A DNA stretch of 64,000 nt from Gammaproteobacteria bacterium (GTDB lineage: Bacteria > Pseudomonadota > Gammaproteobacteria > SZUA-229): positions 38,354-102,353 of the forward strand of contig WFMW01000012.1 in the NCBI GenBank assembly GCA_015488885.1, read 5' to 3'. How positions within the stretch are numbered: position 1 is the stretch's first letter; every line of letters begins with the position of its first letter. The notes under the pieces are model-generated. The model was not told the origin of the DNA and searched no databases. It worked only from the letters and a program-made list of their open reading frames with translations. Below are positions 55,131 through 64,000 of this stretch, piece by piece. Made by a program: the position numbers and the translations under genes.

Positions 55131-58100
55131 TCAGTTGGCAGGTAAAAGGTTAATATGAACAACTTTTATCGGTTTACCGGACAGAGCAATGGCACAGTAA
55201 TCATTAGCATCGATAATTGTGTCATAGACTTTACGGGTTAAACCCTCTGCCACCAGAGAGATACCACCGGTGGCAATGGCCAGACCAATATGAATAGCAC
55301 TTTTAGCAGTGCTTAGCGTCGTACCAGCAAGGTTAGGTTCGATGGTTGGAGAACTCAGAGTACCGCTAATATCAACCGGGATTAAAGCAAGTTTGGCAAT
55401 AGAAGTATTTTTCGCGTGGGGTTCAATATAAAAATCCAGTTTTTCCTGGTTAAGATTGGCCATTCCGGTACCCAACACAGAAACCAGCCCGGTATCAAAA
55501 ATAATAGCTTGTGACGTCACAATACCCTGTTTAATTTTAACATTAACCACACCACAGCGTATTCTCTGTTTATGCTTATTGCCGGGCAGGGGCAATAAAT
55601 TAGCAAGATTGGTCGAAAACAGATTAAGTGCATGACTGTTAAGTCTGCCATCCTGCATTCTTATCAATACATCACCATTGAGTGACGATGCCAGTTTATG
55701 GGGTGAATTTCCAGTAGCTGCCAGGTTCAGGTTTACATCCATTTTTCCACTGATAATTCCTTCCTGACCAGGTGTTTGCTGAAATTTACCATAGTCAAAA
55801 TGCTTAATTATCCATGAAGTTTTAATTATAGGTTTTTCAGGCCGGGTAATGCTGGCATTACCGCTAAAATGGCCACCAGAAAAATCAAATACGAGTGGAG
55901 AAAATTTAACCATGCTTTTTTTTATTGAGGCTAATACATGTAATTCATTTACTGTATAAGACTTAAGTTCAACCTTTCCTGCATCAAGTTTAACTGTAGC
56001 ATTAATGTTTTTTAAAGATTTCAGCTTAAATAGCTTATCGGGAAATGGCTTATCGGAAAACAGCTTTATTTTTTTATGTTGCTTCGTTGAGGCTTTTTTT
56101 GAGAAAACCTTTTTAGTCTTGCTTATAAACTGATTCAGATTGATATAACTGGATTTAAGCGTTGCCCGTATACTGACAGGTTTTGTCAAACGATTGATTG
56201 AAATATTCCCGTGTAGATTATTTTTACCCACAACAATAAATGTATCAGTAAAATTTAAATGCCGGTTGGTTTTTTCTAGCCTTGTTTTGATTGAAACCGG
56301 TAAGACAGGCATATGTTTAATAACATCGGGTTTTAGTTTGGGCAAAAAAGATTTTGCCTGTCGCAGACTGACAAGCGGATTTTTAATTTTAATATCAGCA
56401 TAAATCCTGATAGCTTGCCTGGTTATGGCATGAAGATCAAAAGCCTGTAAAAAATCGGCTTTAATATTGCTGTTTACGCCTACCCCCTGAAGATGGCTGC
56501 TTATTGTATAAGGTTTTGCGGTGATTATTTTATAGATAGAATCAAGCTTTCCCTGTGCAGATACTTTCCTGCGGTTGATGGTGGCGGTCACCGAATACTT
56601 TGCTGGTTTTTTTATTGCAGAAAAAGCAAGCTGTGCCCGCCTGACAATAATATAAGCCGGTTTTCTGTTTTTAACCAGTGTTTGCCCGGTGATAATATTT
56701 GACCCGGAGATAGTTACCGAACCATGCGCATTATTGACCAGATCACGGAGATTATCTGCTTTTGAAACAAGTTTAATACGGCTATTCAGCCCGCCTTTTT
56801 TAATGGCCTTTACACCAAAAGATTTTAATACAGTAGCCAGATTAATTTTATTAATGGTTAAATTCAGACTTGCAGTGCTCAGGGCAGACTGCTGGTAAAA
56901 ACTTGATTGCGCACTGACACTACCCTGTGAATAATCAAATTTTAAATGGCTTATATCCAGCTTACCCTTTTGTAGCCGTGCTTGCAGATGATTATTGGCT
57001 GTTTTTATTTTACCTGCCAGCAGTTTTTTTATATCAACATCAAGATTAGCATTGAACATCTCAAGTTGCTTAAAGCGTAGTGATAAGGCAGGAATAGCCA
57101 GCAGTTGCCTGGTGGTTTTTTCTATTTTTTTCTGTCTGCTTTTTTTCTGTCTGCTTTTATGTTGTACTTTGTTTGCATTAAGTTTCAGTTTATTCAGATT
57201 AATGCGATTAGAATACAGCTTTGCTGACAACATTGGCACCGGCTTATCCAGTGATATAGCCAGCCTGCCATGAATATCACTATCTGCCAGTTGCATATCT
57301 AAATCTTCCAGTGTCCACTGTTGATTTTTACTGTTTATATGGCCATGAATCGTTAATGGCGTAGCAGCTGCCAGCAAACGTTTACCCGTGGTAACCGTTA
57401 TAACTTTATTGATATCATCGGTTTTCAGCTTAACATCAAGATTCAGGTCAAATGCCGTTAAAGGATGTGTAACCTTACCTTCAACATATAAAGCGATGCC
57501 TGCTGCATTACCGTATAAAAAAGCATTCAGCGGGTCATCTTTCAAGATGTGAGAAACACGACTGACTTTACCGTTAAAATTAAATTTCTCGTCATTAATA
57601 CGCCCTGTGGCTTCAATCATACTCAGGTGTTTTTTTTCTTCCTTCAGCCTGAGCGATTTAATCCATACACGCGAGTCAATAGTATCCTGGTGATCGATAT
57701 AATGTATCCTGATATTATTCAATGTTAACTGTCTGATAACCGGTAGAAAGCGACTGATAGTCTGCAGAACATGCGTATTGCTGGTTGTTTCTGCCGGACT
57801 TACTGCGGATTGCGCATGAGTCGGTTCTGGATTAAAGAACCAGTTGGAAATGCCTGCCGTATTATTTTCGACAATAACTCGGAGGTTTTCTATCTGTACA
57901 ATATCAATGAGTAGCCGTTTTTTGAGTAGCGGTTTTAACGGTAATTCGAGTTTGAGTTTTCCCACATCAAGCATGGGCTGGTTCAGCCCCCATGGGGCAT
58001 TGCTTATACTGGCGTGGTCAATTTGCAGACGAGCAATTAACTGGCGATTGATTAAATCAATAGCAATATTACCACCCAGCTTGAGTTCACGTCCGGTAAA

Positions 58101-58244
58101 GATATGGAAATAATGTTCTATTTGGGGTTTATAATTATTCAGATTAATCGTTGCCAGTACAACAAGCATGGCAACAGGAACAAGCAATACAAGACCAGCT
58201 GCAACAGCAGTGATTAAAACATATTTTTTACGTTTTGCTGACAT
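55131..58244 (-). CDS. large AsmA-family protein
   Basis: N-terminal TM anchor followed by NLNNYKPQIE...GRELKLGG, SISNAPW. Beta-rich body. C-terminal IRCGVV...FDT...GTGMANLNQEKLD...GTLSSP. Confidence 0.85.
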   Translation of the reverse strand: MSAKRKKYVLITAVAAGLVLLVPVAMLVVLATINLNNYKPQIEHYFHIFTGRELKLGGNIAIDLINRQLIARLQIDHASISNAPWGLNQPMLDVGKLKLELPLKPLLKKRLLIDIVQIENLRVIVENNTAGISNWFFNPEPTHAQSAVSPAETTSNTHVLQTISRFLPVIRQLTLNNIRIHYIDHQDTIDSRVWIKSLRLKEEKKHLSMIEATGRINDEKFNFNGKVSRVSHILKDDPLNAFLYGNAAGIALYVEGKVTHPLTAFDLNLDVKLKTDDINKVITVTTGKRLLAAATPLTIHGHINSKNQQWTLEDLDMQLADSDIHGRLAISLDKPVPMLSAKLYSNRINLNKLKLNANKVQHKSRQKKSRQKKIEKTTRQLLAIPALSLRFKQLEMFNANLDVDIKKLLAGKIKTANNHLQARLQKGKLDISHLKFDYSQGSVSAQSSFYQQSALSTASLNLTINKINLATVLKSFGVKAIKKGGLNSRIKLVSKADNLRDLVNNAHGSVTISGSNIITGQTLVKNRKPAYIIVRRAQLAFSAIKKPAKYSVTATINRRKVSAQGKLDSIYKIITAKPYTISSHLQGVGVNSNIKADFLQAFDLHAITRQAIRIYADIKIKNPLVSLRQAKSFLPKLKPDVIKHMPVLPVSIKTRLEKTNRHLNFTDTFIVVGKNNLHGNISINRLTKPVSIRATLKSSYINLNQFISKTKKVFSKKASTKQHKKIKLFSDKPFPDKLFKLKSLKNINATVKLDAGKVELKSYTVNELHVLASIKKSMVKFSPLVFDFSGGHFSGNASITRPEKPIIKTSWIIKHFDYGKFQQTPGQEGIISGKMDVNLNLAATGNSPHKLASSLNGDVLIRMQDGRLNSHALNLFSTNLANLLPLPGNKHKQRIRCGVVNVKIKQGIVTSQAIIFDTGLVSVLGTGMANLNQEKLDFYIEPHAKNTSIAKLALIPVDISGTLSSPTIEPNLAGTTLSTAKSAIHIGLAIATGGISLVAEGLTRKVYDTIIDANDYCAIALSGKPIKVVHINLLPAN

Positions 58245-58297
58245 GATGTTTTACTGATCATCTGAATCATTCACTACCAGTAGGCCTGTTTCTGAAA

Positions 58298-58460
58298 GAG
58301 GTTGTCGTAAAAGCAATAGCTTTGCGACAAGCTCGTGCAGTACATGGATGTGCTGCCTGAAACAACGACGCCAAGTCGTTGTTTCAGCGAGAAAAGGGAA
58401 AATCGCATTTTTTCCTTTTCGTGTGTCGCAAAGTCCAGGAAGGACTTTTGCGACACCCTC
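58298..58460. mobile_element. MITE with 16-bp TIR, 5-bp TSD and five internal hairpins
   Basis: TGAAA|GAGGTTGTCGTAAAAG ... CTTTTGCGACACCCTC|TGAAA (2 mismatches between the TIRs). Confidence 0.82.
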
Positions 58461-58605
58461 TGAAACAGATAAAAAGCATACTGTTAATCCTGATGAATAG
58501 CGTGAAAATCCTGATTAGTATCAGTATCAGTGACAGTTTTTGTAAAGGCGGTTAGTGGTAACAGGCAAAGAGTCACCTGGATAAATATAGATACAGGGCT
58601 TTTTG

Positions 58606-60021
58606 TCATACTGATAAATCCTGTTTTGCCTGTGCAATGGCTCGTTTCACCTGTTCAGGTGCTGTGCCGCCAATATGCTTTCTTGCCGCCACGGAACCTT
58701 CCAGGGTTAACACCTCAAACACATCCTCATCGATTCGGTCAGAAAACTGCTGTAATGTCTGCAGGCTCAATTCGCTTAAATCTTTATGTTCGGCGATACC
58801 TTTGGCCACGGCTTTACCAACAATTTCATGGGCATCACGAAAGGGCAGGTTTTTACGCACCAGATAATCCGCCAGATCGGTAGCGGTGGAAAAACCCTGT
58901 CTGGCCGCCGCCCGCATAACTTGATGATTACACTTAATGGCCGGTATCATGTCGGCAAATGCACGCAAACTACCTTGAACAGTGTCGATAGTATCAAACA
59001 AGGGTTCCTTGTCTTCCTGATTATCCTTGTTGTAGGCCAGTGGCTGAGACTTCATCAAGGTCAACAGACACATTAGATGACCATTGACACGCCCGGTTTT
59101 GCCACGCACCAGTTCCGGCACATCCGGGTTTTTTTTCTGCGGCATAATCGATGAACCGGTACAGAAACGGTCGGGCAATTCAATAAAATTGAATTGTGCT
59201 GATGCCCACAATACCAGTTCCTCCGCCATTCGCGACAGATGGGTCATCAGAATCGCCGACGCTGCACAGAATTCTATGGCAAAATCCCGGTCACTGACGG
59301 CATCCAGAGAATTTTGTGCCGGGGCGGTAAAACCCAGTTCCTCAGCGGTAAAATCCCGGTCGATGGGGTAACTGGTACCTGCCAGCGCGGCAGCACCCAG
59401 TGGTGAAATATTCATCCGCACACAACAGTCGGCAAACCGTGAGGCATCACGCTTTAACATTTCAAACCATGCCATTAGATGATGACCGAAGGTGACCGGC
59501 TGGGCAACCTGAAGATGGGTAAAACCCGGCATAATACTATCCACTTCACGCTCGGCCACCTCCAGCAGGCCACACTCGAAACGTTTGATTTCTGCAATAA
59601 TCAAACCGATCTGTTCACGCAGATACAAACGGATGTCGGTGGCAACCTGATCATTGCGCGAACGCCCGGTATGCAGGCGTTTTCCGGCATCGCCAACCAG
59701 TTCAGTAAGCCGCGCTTCAATATTCATGTGCACGTCTTCCAGCGCGACTGACCAGTCAAACTCACCACGTTGAATTTCCCGCTCGATGGTATCCAGCCCC
59801 TGCAGTATGGTTTCGACATCCTGCCTGTCGAGAACACCAATCTTATGCAGCATACGTGCATGGGCACGGGAACCCTGTATATCCTGCTTATACATACGCT
59901 GATCAAAAGAGACGGAGGCGGTAAAGCGTTTGACAAAAGCGTCGGTCTGCTCACTAAAACGCCCACCCCAGGCAGCATTAACACCTGCGCCCCTATCTGT
60001 TTCGTTATTATTGTTACTCAT
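58606..60021 (-). CDS. argH: argininosuccinate lyase
   Basis: [39 protein letters not shown]. Confidence 0.97.
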   Translation of the reverse strand: MSNNNNETDRGAGVNAAWGGRFSEQTDAFVKRFTASVSFDQRMYKQDIQGSRAHARMLHKIGVLDRQDVETILQGLDTIEREIQRGEFDWSVALEDVHMNIEARLTELVGDAGKRLHTGRSRNDQVATDIRLYLREQIGLIIAEIKRFECGLLEVAEREVDSIMPGFTHLQVAQPVTFGHHLMAWFEMLKRDASRFADCCVRMNISPLGAAALAGTSYPIDRDFTAEELGFTAPAQNSLDAVSDRDFAIEFCAASAILMTHLSRMAEELVLWASAQFNFIELPDRFCTGSSIMPQKKNPDVPELVRGKTGRVNGHLMCLLTLMKSQPLAYNKDNQEDKEPLFDTIDTVQGSLRAFADMIPAIKCNHQVMRAAARQGFSTATDLADYLVRKNLPFRDAHEIVGKAVAKGIAEHKDLSELSLQTLQQFSDRIDEDVFEVLTLEGSVAARKHIGGTAPEQVKRAIAQAKQDLSV

Positions 60022-60159
60022 GATTATTCTTCAACCAGGTTACGCTTCAACTAAAATGAATAACAGTATATCAAACCCCCACAAGCCTGTCCGCTGGCGA
60101 GAACAGGACAGATTGCTTATACTTAGCCCTGTTTGTTTAAATCTGAACCGAAAAACACT

Positions 60160-60711
60160 ATGCAGGATATTATTGATAAAGCACGTCATATTGAACTGGT
60201 TATTTTTGATATTGATGGCGTAATGACCGATGGCAGTTTGTTTTTTGGCGATGATGGCCAGGAATATAAAGCCTTTAACTCTTTTGATGGCCATGGCCTG
60301 CGGATGTTACAGGAGTGCGGGGTTAACGTTGCGGTGATTACCGGGCGCAAATCCAGTGTTGTCGAACATCGCATGACCGATCTTGGGGTGAGCTTGCTGT
60401 ACCAGGGGTATCGTGATAAAACACCGGCCTTTCAGACATTATTAAAAGAAGTGAATTTAACGCGTGAGCAGATCACCTATGTCGGCGATGATGTGGTTGA
60501 CCTGCCCATTATGTCACAATTAAATCTGGCTATTGCAGTGCAAAACGCCCACCCTTTTGTCAAACAGCATGCCCACTGGATCACCCCGCGTTGCGGTGGA
60601 CAGGGTGCGGTGCGTGATGTTTGCGAATTTATCCTCGAAGCTAAAGGCCTGTTAAACGATAAACTCCACACTTATCTGCATCAGCCTACCGACACCAGCC
60701 CGATACGTTAA
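60160..60711 (+). CDS. kdsC: KDO 8-phosphate phosphatase
   Basis: FDIDGVMTDG, ITGR, GDDVVDLP, GGQGAVRDVCE. Confidence 0.95.
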   Translation: MQDIIDKARHIELVIFDIDGVMTDGSLFFGDDGQEYKAFNSFDGHGLRMLQECGVNVAVITGRKSSVVEHRMTDLGVSLLYQGYRDKTPAFQTLLKEVNLTREQITYVGDDVVDLPIMSQLNLAIAVQNAHPFVKQHAHWITPRCGGQGAVRDVCEFILEAKGLLNDKLHTYLHQPTDTSPIR

Positions 60712-60713
60712 CG

Positions 60714-61301
60714 GTGAAAACACTAATCAGTGGCATCATTTTCATTATTGCCGCCATTATTGTGTGGTGGTCAATCACCGACCGTAGTGCTTATAATGAC
60801 CACTTGCAACCGGTGATAAAGCAGCCCTATCTGGAAATATTTATGGATAACTTTAAAATAACCGCCCTGAACTCGCTGGGACAGATCGATTATATACTCA
60901 GTGGTAAACGCATTGAACGTTACCATAACTCGGAGAATGCAACCGCTTTTTTGCCCGTATTTAAATTTCTACAGCAGAATAACCAGTGGTTGATTACTGC
61001 GAAAACAGCCATTATCAACCAGAAAAATAATACTATCAAACTCAGCAATAATGTCGTGATGCAACAGCAAAATCAGCCACAGGCAATAAAAATCACCAGC
61101 CAGACTATGCTTATTAACACGCTGACACAAACAGCTTCAACCAACAGCCCTATAGAATTTCTTAATGGACAGTCAAAAATGCAGTCAACTGGAATGATTT
61201 TTTACCATCGTAAAAATGTCTTTGAATTAAACCGGAATGTACATGGTTTTTATCTCAACACACCATCAAGTGATAGACAGACTAATCAAAATAACTTTTA
61301 G
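60714..61301 (+). CDS. lptC: LPS export protein LptC
   Basis: N-terminal TM helix and beta-jellyroll-like body ending in VHGFY. Between kdsC and lptA. Confidence 0.85.
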   Translation: MKTLISGIIFIIAAIIVWWSITDRSAYNDHLQPVIKQPYLEIFMDNFKITALNSLGQIDYILSGKRIERYHNSENATAFLPVFKFLQQNNQWLITAKTAIINQKNNTIKLSNNVVMQQQNQPQAIKITSQTMLINTLTQTASTNSPIEFLNGQSKMQSTGMIFYHRKNVFELNRNVHGFYLNTPSSDRQTNQNNF

Positions 61302-61308
61302 AATCGCC

Positions 61309-61875
61309 ATGATAAATAAATTACCGTGCAAAAAGTACCCGATTAAAATAATCTTTACCGGTCTCAGCTTTTTCTGCCTGCTTGCTGTAGTGAGTGACAC
61401 CTATGCACAAAAAGATCAGCTGGAGCGGGCTGAAAAGATATACATCTCCGCTGATCATGTAAAAATGAATATCAACTCACACACCAGCATCTATAATGGG
61501 CATGTAAAAATTTCTCAGGGAAAACGGATACTTACCGGCAACCATGCGATTTTGATACAAAAAAACAACCGGATCGAACGCATTAATGTTGACGGCAATC
61601 CCGCCGCTTATACCACAGTGACTGAAACCGGCAAACCGATCAGTGCCACCGGTCAGCATATCGTTTACACGGACCACGATCAATTACTGGTATTAACCGG
61701 GAATGCAAGATTACGCCAGCCCGAACGTACCGTCAGCAGCCAGAGAATTGTCTATGATACCCGCCAGCATACTGTGGTAGCAGGCCGCAAAATCGCCAAT
61801 ACAAAAAGTAGCCAGTCAGTACCGGAAAAAGAGCGCGTCAATATTACGCTGACACCACAAAGAGAAACACCCTGA
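61309..61875 (+). CDS. lptA: LPS transport periplasmic protein LptA
   Basis: IYISAD, YNGHVKISQG, GNPA, LTGNARLRQ, RVNITLTP. Confidence 0.88.
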   Translation: MINKLPCKKYPIKIIFTGLSFFCLLAVVSDTYAQKDQLERAEKIYISADHVKMNINSHTSIYNGHVKISQGKRILTGNHAILIQKNNRIERINVDGNPAAYTTVTETGKPISATGQHIVYTDHDQLLVLTGNARLRQPERTVSSQRIVYDTRQHTVVAGRKIANTKSSQSVPEKERVNITLTPQRETP

Positions 61876-61982
61876 TGTTTATTTGTCGCCTGTTTTTCAC
61901 CTCGCCTGTATATCAACTCAGCTCGCTCAAATCAGCCACTTATGTCATTAGACTTTGTTATTAAATAAGCCAGGATATTCCC

Positions 61983-62708
61983 TTGTCAACACTTAGCGCA
62001 CACAATCTGGTAAAAAGCTATCGCTCCCGCACCGTGGTCGATACCGTTTCACTCGACGTAAAGAGTGGTGAGGTTGTCGGTCTACTTGGGCCAAATGGTG
62101 CCGGCAAGACAACCTGTTTCTACATGATGGTTGGCCTGATTATGGCTGATAAGGGTGAAATTATGCTGGACGACATCAACCTGACCCCCCTACCCATGCA
62201 TGCCCGGGCTCAACGCGGGCTGGGCTATTTACCTCAGGAAGCATCGGTGTTTCGTAAACTCAGCGTGGAAGACAATATTTTAGCTGTCCTTGAATTAAAA
62301 AAACAACTCAGCAAAAAACAGCGTCAGCAACATCTGGAATCTCTTCTCGATGACCTCCAGATTGGGCATATTCGTACCAGTATTGGCATCAGTCTGTCTG
62401 GTGGCGAACGCCGACGCGTTGAAATTGCCCGTGCCCTTGCTACCCAACCGGCTTTTATCCTGCTGGATGAACCTTTTGCCGGTGTTGACCCCATTTCGGT
62501 CATTGAAATACAGAAAATCATCACTCATCTGATCGAGCGCAATATTGGTATTTTGATTACCGACCATAATGTACGTGAAACACTTGGTATATGCCATCGT
62601 GCTTATATACTAAATAACGGTAAAATCATCGCACAGGGCCAGCCTGATGAAATTCTTTCTAATAAAGAAGTACAGGATGTATACCTTGGGCGTAATTTTC
62701 GACTATAA
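61983..62708 (+). CDS. lptB: LPS export ABC ATPase (TTG start)
   Basis: [51 protein letters not shown]. Confidence 0.96.
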   Translation: MSTLSAHNLVKSYRSRTVVDTVSLDVKSGEVVGLLGPNGAGKTTCFYMMVGLIMADKGEIMLDDINLTPLPMHARAQRGLGYLPQEASVFRKLSVEDNILAVLELKKQLSKKQRQQHLESLLDDLQIGHIRTSIGISLSGGERRRVEIARALATQPAFILLDEPFAGVDPISVIEIQKIITHLIERNIGILITDHNVRETLGICHRAYILNNGKIIAQGQPDEILSNKEVQDVYLGRNFRL

Positions 62709-62804
62709 AGATAAAGAGAACCTCTGAATAAGTCATAAATCGACCTCTTATGGTGACTATTGTGATAAACCAATGTATTTCTGGATGATATTTTTTAGTT
62801 TAAG

Positions 62805-64000
62805 ATGAAGCACTCACTGCAGTTAAAACTGTCTCAAAATCTTACCATGACACCACAGCTGCAACAGGCTATCCGCCTGTTGCAGCTCTCCACATTTGAA
62901 TTACAAACAGAAGTTCAGCAGGCTCTGGAAGAAAACCCCATGCTGGAACAGGATGATGAAGCGTATCAAAATACGATTGAAGACAAATCGCCTGGCGAAA
63001 ACCCGCCTGATCAACAGCAGAACAACCCTGAGGCGAGTAATGAGACCATTACCGCCCAGGATGATCAGCATCTGGATATGGAAAATAACCAGTCATTACC
63101 TGATGAACTAAGTGTTGATGCCAGTTGGGAGGATACCTACGATATCAGCCTGCCAGCAAATACAAATAATAACACCGATAATAGCGGTAACGATTTTCTG
63201 GAAAATCAGAGCATTGCAGGCAATACCTTACAGGAACACCTGATCTGGCAATTACAGAACTCGCCAGTCAGTGATACCGATATGATCATTGCAACCGCCC
63301 TTATTGATGCCATTGATGATGACGGCTATCTAACTGAATCAGTTGAAGAGATTTATCAAAGCCTGCAAGGTGAGCTGGATATTGAAGATGATGAAGTCGA
63401 AGCAGTTTTACATCGAATCCAGCATTTTGACCCGGTTGGGACGGGTGCCCGTAACCTGAGTGAATGCCTGCTGTTACAACTGGATCAGTTTGATGAACAA
63501 ACCGAGTGCCTGAGTGAAGCCCGCATCATTATCAAACAGTACCTGAATTTACTCGGTAGCCATGATTACGCCCGGCTACAAAAGAAACTGCGCTGCAATG
63601 AACAACACCTGCACGAACTGATTACTTTTATCCAGACGCTTAACCCAAAACCTGGTGATGCAATCTCGGCGAATAAGGCACAATATATTATCCCTGATAT
63701 TTATGTCCGCAAAATCAATGGAGTATGGAAGGTCAGCCTAAACCCTGAAGCCACACCAAAATTAAAAATCAACCAGTTATATGAATCACATCTTAAACAA
63801 GCCGGTCGGGGTAAAGACACCACTTATCTGCGTAACAGCCTGCAGGAAGCACGCTGGTTTCTAAAAAGTCTGCAAAGTCGTAGTGATACCCTGCAACGAG
63901 TTGGTGAAGCCATTGTCAAAAGACAACGACTTTTTCTTGAATACGGTGACGAAGGCATGAAACCGATGGTATTACGTGATATTGCTGAAGAACTGGAGAT
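62805..64000 (+). CDS. rpoN: RNA polymerase sigma-54 factor (3' end outside window; absent from the ORF track)
   Basis: My translation from ATG 62805: MKHSLQLKLSQNLTMTPQLQQAIRLLQLSTFELQ...ENPMLE; later FDPVGTGARNLSECL and MKPMVLRDIAEEL. Follows lptB. Confidence 0.96.
   Translation, partial: MKHSLQLKLSQNLTMTPQLQQAIRLLQLSTFELQTEVQQALEENPMLEQDDEAYQNTIEDKSPGENPPDQQQNNPEASNETITAQDDQHLDMENNQSLPDELSVDASWEDTYDISLPANTNNNTDNSGNDFLENQSIAGNTLQEHLIWQLQNSPVSDTDMIIATALIDAIDDDGYLTESVEEIYQSLQGELDIEDDEVEAVLHRIQHFDPVGTGARNLSECLLLQLDQFDEQTECLSEARIIIKQYLNLLGSHDYARLQKKLRCNEQHLHELITFIQTLNPKPGDAISANKAQYIIPDIYVRKINGVWKVSLNPEATPKLKINQLYESHLKQAGRGKDTTYLRNSLQEARWFLKSLQSRSDTLQRVGEAIVKRQRLFLEYGDEGMKPMVLRDIAEELE

Noticed and set aside
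58274..58456. 60-aa ORF upstream of the AsmA-like gene
   Set aside because: It lies almost entirely within the hairpin-rich MITE and is probably a by-product of it.
62896..63111. 71-aa ORF in the track
   Set aside because: Out-of-frame shadow inside rpoN, which the track missed because it runs off the window.

Overview
Core-genome-like stretch of a Gammaproteobacterium (probably marine, judging by NhaD, a short HisG and the mla-kdsD/kdsC-lptCAB-rpoN locus). It runs from a 5'-truncated acs through ppiB-lpxH, dsbB, nemA and galE, then an ~17 kb minus-strand glucose/glycogen cluster (glk-glgC-GH57-malQ-glgB-glgA-glgP-zwf-pgl-AhpD-like-pgm). After that come a three-lipoprotein operon (lpoB/COG3014-like/LPP20-like), mtaD-ubiG-HAD, nhaD, sdhCDAB-sdhE, gltX, queG, pgi, ppc, panBCD, hisGD, murA, mlaFEDCB, yrbG-kdsD, an inverted asmA-like+argH block, kdsC-lptCAB and a 3'-truncated rpoN. 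I saw no tRNA, rRNA, CRISPR array or transposase. The most interesting signals are: (i) a repeated palindromic element with covarying arms and paired ANGGA-loop hairpins that match the CsrA/RsmA binding consensus; (ii) FNR-type boxes with correctly spaced -10 elements in front of both the glycogen operon and a convergent RRM-protein gene, which is followed by a histone-H1-tailed DUF2934 gene; (iii) several MITE families, two with exact target-site duplications; (iv) short tandem duplications that cluster right behind stop codons; (v) an internally duplicated AsmA-like gene that splits kdsD from kdsC. All product calls come from motif recognition by eye, not from database searches.
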